Below are positions 28,163-39,360 of a stretch of 64,000 nucleotides of DNA, one piece after another. Positions within the stretch are counted from its first letter, which is position 1. The number at the start of each line of letters is the position of its first letter. The position numbers and the translations under genes are program-made. The stretch is from Auanema rhodensis (lineage: Eukaryota; Animalia; Nematoda), in contig OZ059897.1 in the NCBI GenBank assembly GCA_964057225.1, forward strand, positions 496,001 through 560,000. The letters are read 5' to 3'. A model generated the notes under the pieces. That model had not been told where the DNA came from. It did not search any database and saw only the letters and a list, made by a program, of their open reading frames with translations.

Positions 28163-28164
28163 AA
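27572..28164. mobile_element. Putative non-autonomous TIR element (MITE-like), ~590 bp
   Basis: TTACTTCAACTTCTAATCAACAAC (27572-27595) is the exact reverse complement of GTTGTTGATTAGAAGTTGAAGTAA (28141-28164). It can be parsed as 21-bp TIRs (27575-27595 / 28141-28161) flanked by TA on both sides. There is no transposase ORF. The repeat is seen directly; the transposon identity is inferred. Confidence 0.5.
28120..28135. other. GC-rich hairpin GGCCCT-AAAG-AGGGCC
   Basis: Perfect 6-bp stem with a 4-nt loop, 5 bp inside the right inverted repeat, in otherwise very AT-rich DNA. Confidence 0.75.
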
Positions 28165-31100
28165 ATCTGATAACACAGATCGACGCAGCTTAAAAATCCG
28201 CATCGAATGCACTATACTACATGGAGAAACGCTCAATACAAAAATTAGTTATGATCGTTTGAAAAATGATGCATTAGTGTATGTTGAGTTTCCATGTACA
28301 CTCAACATTGCTTCCAAAAACATTTTGACAAAAAGTTTCCCGAAAAATTACAAAATAATTTAGCAAAAAGTAGATGTTTTTAGATTCCTTTTTTCAAGGC
28401 AAAAACGATGGACAATGTTATTCAACGAAAAAATTAATTCTTCAGGGTGAAAATCGAGGATATAAGTGTGAACTTATATCAGTTGATATCTCGGTGCATT
28501 TTTAAGCTAGCGCAAATCTGATAACACAGATCGACGCAGCTTAAAAGTCCGCATCGAATGCACTATACTACATTAAAAAAAGCTTAATTCAAAAATTAGT
28601 TATGATCGTTTGAAAAATGATGCATTAGTGTATGTTGAGTTTCCATGTACACTCAACATTGCTTCCAAAAACATTTTGACAAAAATTTTTTCGAAACATT
28701 TCAAAATAATTTAGCGAAAAGTAGATGTTTTTAGATTCCTTTTTTCGAGGCAAAAACGATAGACAATGTTATTCAACGAAAAAATTAATTCTTCAGGGTG
28801 AAAATCGAGGATATAAGTGTGAACTTATATCAGTTGATATCTCGGTGCATTTTTAAGCTAGCGCAAATCTGATAACACAGATCGACGCAGCTTAAAAGTC
28901 CGCATCGAATGCATTATACTACATGGAGAAACGCTCATCACAAAAATTAGTTATGATCGTTTGAAAAATGATGCATTAGTGTATGTTGAGTTTCCATGTG
29001 CACTCAACATTGCTTCCAAAAACATTTTGACAAAATTTTTTCGAAAAATTTCAAAATAATTTCGCAAAAAGTAGATGTTTTTAGATTCCTTTTTTTGAGG
29101 CAAAAACGATGGACAATGTTATTCAACGAAAAAATTAATTCTTCAGGGTGAAAATCGAGGATATAAGTGTGAACTTATATCAGTTAATATCTCGGTGCAT
29201 TTTTAAGCTAGCGCAAATCTGATAACACAGATCGACGCAGCTTAAAAATCCGCATCGAATGCACTATATTACATTGAGGAAAGCTTAATACAAAAATTAG
29301 TTATGATCGTTTGAAAAATGATGCATTAGTGTATGTTGAGTTTCCATGTACACTCAACATTGCTTCCAAAAACATTTTGACAAAAATTTTTTCAAAAATT
29401 TCAAAATAATTTAGCAAAAAGTAGATGTTTTTAGATTCCTTTTTTCAAGGCAAAAACGATGGACAATGTTATTCAACGAAAAAATTAATTCTTCAGGGTG
29501 AAAATCGAGGATATAAGTGTGAACTTATATCAGTTGATATCTCGGTGCATTTTTAAGCTAGCGCAAATCTGATAACATAGATCGACGCAGCTTAAAAATC
29601 CGCATCGAATGCACTATACTACATGGAGAAACGCTCATCGCAAAAATTAGTTATGATCGTTTGAAAAATGATGCATTAGTGTATGTTGAGTTTCCATGTA
29701 CACTCAACATTGCTTCCAAAAACATTTTGACAAAAATTTTTTCGAAAAATTTCAAAATAATTTAGCAAAAAGTAGATGTTTTTAGATTCCTTTTTTCAAG
29801 GCAAAAACGATGGACAATGTTATCCAACGAAAAAATTAATTCTTCAGGGTGAAAATCGAGGATATAAGTGTGAACTTATATCAGTTGATATCTCGGTGCA
29901 TTTTTAAGCTAGCGCAAATCTGATAACACCGATCGACGCAGCTTAAAAGTCCGCATCGAATGCACTATACTACATGGAGAAACGCTCATCGCAAAAATTA
30001 GTTATGATCGTTTGAAAAATGATGCATTAGTGTATGTTGAGTTTCCATGTACACTCAACATTGCTTCCAAAAACATTTTGACAAAAATTTTTTCGAAACA
30101 TTTCAAAATAATTTAGCAAAAAGTAGATGTTTTTAGATTCTTTTTTCAAGGCAAAAACGATGGACAATGTTATCCAACGAAAAAATTAATTCTTCAGGGT
30201 GAAAATCGAGGATATAAGTGTGAACTTATATCAGTTGATATCTCGGTGCATTTTTAAGCTAGCGCAAATCTGATAACACAGATCGACGCAGCTTAAAAGT
30301 CCGCATCGAATGCACTATACTACATTAAGAAAAGCTTAATACAAAAATTAGTTATGATCGTTTGAAAAATGATGCATTAGTGTATGTTGAGTTTCCATGT
30401 ACACTCAACATTGCTTCCAAAAACATTTTGACAAAAATTTTTTCGAAACATTTCAAAATAATTTAGCAAAAAGTAGATGTTTTTAGATTCCTTTTTTCAA
30501 GGCAAAAACGATGGACAATGTTATCCAACGAAAAAATTAATTCTTCAGGGTGAAAATCGAGGATATAAGTGTGAACTTATATCAGTTGATATCTCGGTGC
30601 ATTTTTAAGCTAGCGCAAATCTGATAACACAGATCGACGCAGCTTAAAAGTCCGCATCGAATGCACTATACTACATTAAGAAAAGCTTAATACAAAAATT
30701 AGTTATGATCGTTTGAAAAATGATGCATTAGTGTATGTTGAGTTTCCATGTACACTCAACATTGCTTCCAAAAACATTTTGACAAAAATTTTTTCGAAAC
30801 ATTTCAAAATAATTTAGCGAAAAGTAGATGTTTTTAGATTCCTTTTTTCGAGGCAAAAACGATAGACAATGTTATTCAACGAAAAAATTAATTCTTCAGG
30901 GTGAAAATCGAGGATATAAGTGTGAACTTATATCAGTTGATATCTCGGTGCATTTTTAAGCTAGCGCAAATCTGATAACACAGATCGACGCAGCTTAAAA
31001 GTCCGCATCGAATGCATTATACTACATGGAGAAACGCTCATCACAAAAATTAGTTATGATCGTTTGAAAAATGATGCATTAGTGTATGTTGAGTTTCCAT

Positions 31101-34100
31101 GTACACTCAACATTGCTTCCAAAAACATTTTGACAAAATTTTTTCGAAAAATTTCAAAATAATTTCGCAAAAAGTAGATGTTTTTAGATTCCTTTTTTTG
31201 AGGCAAAAACGATCGACAATGTTATTCAACGAAAAAATTAATTCTTCAGGGTGAAAATCGAGGATATAAGTGTGAACTTATATCAGTTAATATCTCGGTG
31301 CATTTTTAAGCTAGCGCAAATCTGATAACACAGATCGACGCAGCTTAAAAATCCGCATCGAATGCACTATATTACATTGAGGAAAGCTTAATACAAAAAT
31401 TAGTTATGATCGTTTGAAAAATGATGCATTAGTGTATGTTGAGTTTCCATGTACACTCAACATTGCTTCCAAAAACATTTTGACAAAAATTTTTTCAAAA
31501 ATTTCAAAATAATTTAGCAAAAAGTAGATGTTTTTAGATTCCTTTTTTCAAGGCAAAAACGATGGACAATGTTATTCAACGAAAAAATTAATTCTTCAGG
31601 GTGAAAATCGAGGATATAAGTGTGAACTTATATCAGTTGATATCTCGGTGCATTTTTAAGCTAGCGCAAATCTGATAACATAGATCGACGCAGCTTAAAA
31701 ATCCGCATCGAATGCACTATACTACATGGAGAAACGCTCATCGCAAAAATTAGTTATGATCGTTTGAAAAATGATGCATTAGTGTATGTTGAGTTTCCAT
31801 GTACACTCAACATTGCTTCCAAAAACATTTTGACAAAAATTTTTTCGAAAAATTTCAAAATAATTTAGCAAAAAGTAGATGTTTTTAGATTCCTTTTTTC
31901 AAGGCAAAAACGATGGACAATGTTATCCAACGAAAAAATTAATTCTTCAGGGTGAAAATCGAGGATATAAGTGTGAACTTATATCAGTTGATATCTCGGT
32001 GCATTTTTAAGCTAGCGCAAATCTGATAACACAGATCGACGCAGCTTAAAAGTCCGCATCGAATGCACTATACTACATGGAGAAACGCTCATCGCAAAAA
32101 TTAGTTATGATCGTTTGAAAAATGATGCATTAGTGTATGTTGAGTTTCCATGTACACTCAACATTGCTTCCAAAAACATTTTGACAAAAATTTTTTCGAA
32201 ACATTTCAAAATAATTTAGCAAAAAGTAGATGTTTTTAGATTCTTTTTTCAAGGCAAAAACGATGGACAATGTTATCCAACGAAAAAATTAATTCTTCAG
32301 GGTGAAAATCGAGGATATAAGTGTGAACTTATATCAGTTGATATCTCGGTGCATTTTTAAGCTAGCGCAAATCTGATAACACAGATCGACGCAGCTTAAA
32401 AGTCCGCATCGAATGCACTATACTACATTAAGAAAAGCTTAATACAAAAATTAGTTATGATCGTTTGAAAAATGATGCATTAGTGTATGTTGAGTTTCCA
32501 TGTACACTCAACATTGCTTCCAAAAACATTTTGACAAAAATTTTTTCGAAACATTTCAAAATAATTTAGCAAAAAGTAGATGTTTTTAGATTCCTTTTTT
32601 CAAGGCAAAAACGATGGACAATGTTATCCAACGAAAAAATTAATTCTTCAGGGTGAAAATCGAGGATATAAGTGTGAACTTATATCAGTTGATATCTCGG
32701 TGCATTTTTAAGCTAGCGCAAATCTGATAACACAGATCGACGCAGCTTAAAAGTCCGCATCGAATGCACTATACTACATTAAGAAAAGCTTAATACAAAA
32801 ATTAGTTATGATCGTTTGAAAAATGATGCATTAGTGTATGTTGAGTTTCCATGTACACTCAACATTGCTTCCAAAAACATTTTGACAAAAATTTTTTCGA
32901 AACATTTCAAAATAATTTAGCGAAAAGTAGATGTTTTTAGATTCCTTTTTTCGAGGCAAAAACGATAGACAATGTTATTCAACGAAAAAATTAATTCTTC
33001 AGGGTGAAAATCGAGGATATAAGTGTGAACTTATATCAGTTGATATCTCGGTGCATTTTTAAGCTAGCGCAAATCTGATAACACAGATCGACGCAGCTTA
33101 AAAGTCCGCATCGAATGCATTATACTACATGGAGAAACGCTCATCACAAAAATTAGTTATGATCGTTTGAAAAATGATGCATTAGTGTATGTTGAGTTTC
33201 CATGTACACTCAACATTGCTTCCAAAAACATTTTGACAAAAATTTTTTCGAAAAATTTCAAAATAATTTAGCAAAAAGTAGATGTTTTTAGATTCCTTTT
33301 TTCAAGGCAAAAACGATGGACAATGTTATCCAACGAAAAAATTAATTCTTCAGGGTGAAAATCGAGGATATAAGTGTGAACTTATATCAGTTGATATCTC
33401 GGTGCATTTTTAAGCTAGCGCAAATCTGATAACACAGATCGACGCAGCTTAAAAGTCCGCATCGAATGCATTATACTACATGGAGAAACGCTCATCACAA
33501 AAATTAGTTATGATCGTTTGAAAAATGATGCATTAGTGTATGTTGAGTTTCCATGTACACTCAACATTGCTTCCAAAAACATTTTGACAAAAATTTTTTC
33601 GAAAAATTTCAAAATAATTTTGCAAAAAGTAGATGTTTTTAGATTCCTTTTTTCAAGGCAAAAACGATGGACAATGTTATCCAACGAAAAAATTAATTCT
33701 TCAGGGTGAAAATCGAGGATATAAGTGTGAACTTATATCAGTTGATATCTCGGTGCATTTTTAAGCTAGCGCAAATCTGATAACACAGATCGACGCAGCT
33801 TAAAAGTCCGCATCGAATGCATTATACTACATGGAGAAACGCTCATCACAAAAATTAGTTATGATCGTTTGAAAAATGATGCATTAGTGCATGTTGAGTT
33901 TCCATGTACACTCAACATTGCTTCCAAAAACATTTTGACAAAATTTTTTCGAAAAATTTCAAAATAATTTCGCAAAAAGTAGATGTTTTTAGATTCCTTT
34001 TTTTGAGGCAAAAACGATGGACAATGTTATTCAACGAAAAAATTAATTTTTCAGGGTGAAAATCGAGGATATAAGTGTGAACTTATATCAGTTAATATCT

Positions 34101-37100
34101 CGGTGCATTTTTAAGCTAGCGCACATCTGATAACACAGATCGACGCAGCTTAAAAATCCGCATCGAATGCACTATATTACATTGAGGAAAGCTTAATACA
34201 AAAATTAGTTATGATCGTTTGAAAAATGATGCATTAGTGTATGTTGAGTTTCCATGTACACTCAACATTGCTTCCAAAAACATTTTGACAAAATTTTTTC
34301 GAAAAATTTCAAAATAATTTCGCAAAAAGTAGATGTTTTTAGATTCCTTTTTTTGAGGCAAAAACGATGGACAATGTTATTCAACGAAAAAATTAATTCT
34401 TCAGGGTGAAAATCGAGGATATAAGTGTGAACTTATATCAGTTAATATCTCGGTGCATTTTTAAGCTAGCGCAAATCTGATAACACAGATCGACGCAGCT
34501 TAAAAATCCGCATCGAATGCACTATATTACATTAAGAAAAGCTTAATTCAAAAATTAGTTATGATCGTTTGAAAAATGATGCATTAGTGTATGTTGAGTT
34601 TCCATGTACACTCAACATTGCTTCCAAAAACATTTTGACAAAAATTTTTTCGAAAAATTTCAAAATAATTTAGCAAAAAGTAGATGTTTTTAGATTCCTT
34701 TTTTCAAGGCAAAAACGATGGACAATGTTATCCAACGAAAAAATTAATTCTTCAGGGTGAAAATCGAGGATATAAGTGTGAACTTATATCAGTTGATATC
34801 TCGGTGCATTTTTAAGCTAGCGCAAATCTGATAACACAGATCGACGCAGCTTAAAAGTCCGCATCGAATGCATTATACTACATGGAGAAACGCTCATCAC
34901 AAAAATTAGTTATGATCGTTTGAAAAATGATGCATTAGTGTATGTTGAGTTTCCATGTACACTCAACATTGCTTCCAAAAACATTTTGACAAAAATTTTT
35001 TCGAAAAATTTCAAAATAATTTAGCAAAAAGTAGATGTTTTTAGATTCCTTTTTTCAAGGCAAAAACGATGGACAATGTTATCCAACGAAAAAATTAATT
35101 CTTCAGGGTGAAAATCGAGGATATAAGTGTGAACTTATATCAGTTGATATCTCGGTGCATTTTTAAGCTAGCGCAAATCTGATAACACAGATCGACGCAG
35201 CTTAAAAGTCCGCATCGAATGCACTATACTACATGGAGAAACGCTCATCGCAAAAATTAGTTATGATCGTTTGAAAAATGATGCATTAGTGTATGTTGAG
35301 TTTCCATGTACACTCAACATTGCTTCCAAAAACATTTTGACAAAAATTTTTTCGAAACATTTCAAAATAATTTAGCAAAAAGTAGATGTTTTTAGATTCT
35401 TTTTTCAAGGAAAAAACGATGGACAATGTTATCCAACGAAAAAATTAATTCTTCAGGGTGAAAATCGAGGATATAAGTGTGAACTTATATCAGTTGATAT
35501 CTCGGTGCATTTTTAAGCTAGCGCAAATCTGATAACACAGATCGACGCAGCTTAAAAGTCCGCATCGAATGCACTATACTACATTAAGAAAAGCTTAATA
35601 CAAAAATTAGTTATGATCGTTTGAAAAATGATGCATTAGTGTATGTTGAGTTTCCATGTACACTCAACATTGCTTCCAAAAACATTTTGACAAAAATTTT
35701 TTCGAAACATTTCAAAATAATTTAGCAAAAAGTAGATGTTTTTAGATTCCTTTTTTCAAGGCAAAAACGATGGACAATGTTATCCAACGAAAAAATTAAT
35801 TCTTCAGGGTGAAAATCGAGGATATAAGTGTGAACTTATATCAGTTGATATCTCGGTGCATTTTTAAGCTAGCGCAAATCTGATAACACAGATCGACGCA
35901 GCTTAAAAGTCCGCATCGAATGCACTATACTACATTAAGAAAAGCTTAATACAAAAATTAGTTATGATCGTTTGAAAAATGATGCATTAGTGTATGTTGA
36001 GTTTCCATGTACACTCAACATTGCTTCCAAAAACATTTTGACAAAAATTTTTTCGAAACATTTCAAAATAATTTAGCGAAAAGTAGATGTTTTTAGATTC
36101 CTTTTTTCGAGGCAAAAACGATAGACAATGTTATTCAACGAAAAAATTAATTCTTCAGGGTGAAAATCGAGGATATAAGTGTGAACTTATATCAGTTGAT
36201 ATCTCGGTGCATTTTTAAGCTAGCGCAAATCTGATAACACAGATCGACGCAGCTTAAAAGTCCGCATCGAATGCATTATACTACATGGAGAAACGCTCAT
36301 CACAAAAATTAGTTATGATCGTTTGAAAAATGATGCATTAGTGTATGTTGAGTTTCCATGTACACTCAACATTGCTTCCAAAAACATTTTGACAAAATTT
36401 TTTCGAAAAATTTCAAAATAATTTCGCAAAAAGTAGATGTTTTTAGATTCCTTTTTTTGAGGCAAAAACGATGGACAATGTTATTCAACGAAAAAATTAA
36501 TTCTTCAGGGTGAAAATCGAGGATATAACTGTGAACTTATATCAGTTAATATCTCGGTGCATTTTTAAGCTAGCGCAAATCTGATAACACAGATCGACGC
36601 AGCTTAAAAATCCGCATCGAATGCACTATATTACATTGAGGAAAGCTTAATACAAAAATTAGTTATGATCGTTTGAAAAATGATGCATTAGTGTATGTTG
36701 AGTTTCCATGTACACTCAACATTGCTTCCAAAAACATTTTGACAAAAATTTTTTCGAAAAATTTCAAAATAATTTAGCAAAAAGTAGATGTTTTTAGATT
36801 CCTTTTTTCAAGGCAAAAACGATGGACAATGTTATCCAACGAAAAAATTAATTCTTCAGGGTGAAAATCGAGGATATAAGTGTGAACTTATATCAGTTGA
36901 TATCTCGGTGCATTTTTAAGCTAGCGCAAATCTGATAACACAGATCGACGCAGCTTAAAAGTCCGCATCGAATGCATTATACTACATGGAGAAACGCTCA
37001 TCACAAAAATTAGTTATGATCGTTTGAAAAATGATGCATTAGTGTATGTTGAGTTTCCATGTACACTCAACATTGCTTCCAAAAACATTTTGACAAAATT

Positions 37101-39360
37101 TTTTCGAAAAATTTCAAAATAATTTCGCAAAAAGTAGATGTTTTTAGATTCCTTTTTTTGAGGCAAAAACGATGGACAATGTTATCCAACGAAAAAATTA
37201 ATTCTTCAGGGTGAAAATCGAGGATATAAGTGTGAACTTATATCAGTTGATATCTCGGTGCATTTTTAAGCTAGCGCAAATCTGATAACACAGATCGACG
37301 CAGCTTAAAAGTCCGCATCGAATGCACTATATTACATTGAGGAAAGCTTAATACAAAAATTAGTTATGATCGTTTGAAAAATGATGCATTAGTGTATGTT
37401 GAGTTTCCATGTACACTCAACATTGCTTCCAAAAACATTTTGACAAAATTTTTTCGAAAAATTTCAAAATAATTTCGCAAAAAGTAGATGTTTTTAGATT
37501 CCTTTTTTTGAGGCAAAAACGATGGACAATGTTATTCAACGAAAAAATTAATTCTTCAGGGTGAAAATCGAGGATATAAGTGTGAACTTATATCAGTTAA
37601 TATCTCGGTGCATTTTTAAGCTAGCGCAAATCTGATAACACAGATCGACGCAGCTTACAAAACCGCATCGAATGCACTATATTACATTGAGGAAAGCTTA
37701 ATACAAAAATTAGTTATGATCGTTTGAAAAATGATGCATTAGTGTATGTTGAGTTTCCATGTACACTCAACATTGCTTCCAAAAACATTTTGACAAAAAT
37801 TTTTTCGAAAAATTTCAAAATAATTTAGCAAAAAGTAGATGTTTTTAGATTCCTTTTTTCAAGGCAAAAACGATGGACAATGTTATCCAACGAAAAAATT
37901 AATTCTTCAGGGTGAAAATCGAGGATATAAGTGTGAACTTATATCAGTTAATATCTCGGTGCATTTTCAAGCTAGCGCAAATCTGATAACACAGATCGAC
38001 GCAGCTTACAAAACCGCATCGAATGCACTATATTACATTGAGGAAAGCTTAATACAAAAATTAGTTATGATCGTTTGAAAAATGATGCATTAGTGTATGT
38101 TGAGTTTCCATGTACACTCAACATTGCTTCCAAAAACATTTTGACAAAAATTTTTTCGAAAAATTTCAAAATAATTTAGCAAAAAGTAGATGTTTTTAGA
38201 TTCCTTTTTTCAAGGCAAAAACGATGGACAATGTTATCCAACGAAAAAATTAATTCTTCAGGGTGAAAATCGAGGATATAAGTGTGAACTTATATCAGTT
38301 GATATCTCGGTGCATTTTTAAGCTAGCGCAAATCTGATAACACAGATCGACGCAGCTTAAAAGTCCGCATCGAATGCATTATACTACATGGAGAAACGCT
38401 CATCACAAAAATTAGTTATGATCGTTTGAAAAATGATGCATTAGTGTATGTTGAGTTTCCATGTACACTCAACATTGCTTCCAAAAACATTTTGACAAAA
38501 ATTTTTTCGAAAAATTTCAAAATAATTTAGCGAAAAGTAGATGTTTTTAGATTCCTTTTTTCAAGGCAAAAACGATGGACAATGTTATTCAACGAAAAAA
38601 TTAATTCTTCAGGGTGAAAATCGAGGATATAAGTGTGAACTTATATCAGTTGATATCTCGGTGCATTTTTAAGCTAGCGCAAATCTGATAACACAGATCG
38701 ACGCAGCTTAAAAGTCCGCATCGAATGCACTATACTACATTAAGAAAAGCTTAATACAAAAATTAGTTATGATCGTTTGAAAAATGATGCATTAGTGTAT
38801 GTTGAGTTTCCATGTACACTCAACATTGCTTCCAAAAACATTTTGACAAAAATTTTTTCGAAACATTTCAAAATAATTTAGCAAAAAGTAGATGTTTTTA
38901 GATTCCTTTTTTCGAGGCAAAAACGATAGACAATGTTATTCAACGAAAAAATTAATTTTTCAGGGTGAAAATCGAGGATATAAGTGTGAACTTATATCAG
39001 TTGATATCTCGGTGCATTTTTAAGCTAGCGGAAATCTGATAACACAGATCGACGCAGCTTAAAAGTTCGCATCGAATGCACTATACTACATTAAGAAAAG
39101 CTTAATACAAAAATTAGTTATGATCGTTTGAAAAATGATGCATTAGTGTATGTTGAGTTTCCATGTACACTCAAAATTGCTTCCAAAAACATTTTGACAA
39201 AATTATTTCGAAAAATTTCAAAATAATTTCGCAAAAAGTAGATGTTTTTAGATTCCTTTTTTTGAGGCAAAAACGATGGACAATGTTATTCAACGAAAAA
39301 ATTAATTCTTCAGGGTGAAAATCGAGGATATAAGTGTGAACTTATATCAGTTAATATCTC
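28163..39360 (+). repeat. Satellite B domain I (350/351-bp units, 6-mer HOR of 2103 bp)
   Basis: Diagnostic variants AAAAGTCCGC, TATCCAACG, GAAACATTTC and CTCATC(A/G)C. The ACGATAGAC marker recurs at ~28760, 30863 and 32966, and GATAACATAG at 29571 and 31674 (all 2103 bp apart). Confidence 0.88.

Noticed and set aside
28036-28236. 66-aa minus-strand ORF across the island/satellite B junction
   Set aside because: It is a chimera of satellite and inverted-repeat sequence with a non-ATG start and no recognisable homology.
28420-28530. Hammerhead ribozyme/retrozyme in the 351-bp unit (CTGATAA on +, CTGAAGA on -)
   Set aside because: The plus-strand motif is not CUGANGA, and the minus-strand motif lacks a stem II and a compatible stem I/GAAA arrangement by eye. 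An Infernal/Rfam search would settle it.
29816-29832. CENP-B-box-like TTTCGTTGGA on the minus strand of domain I monomers
   Set aside because: It matches only the first 10 nt of YTTCGTTGGAARCGGGA; the essential CGGG is absent.
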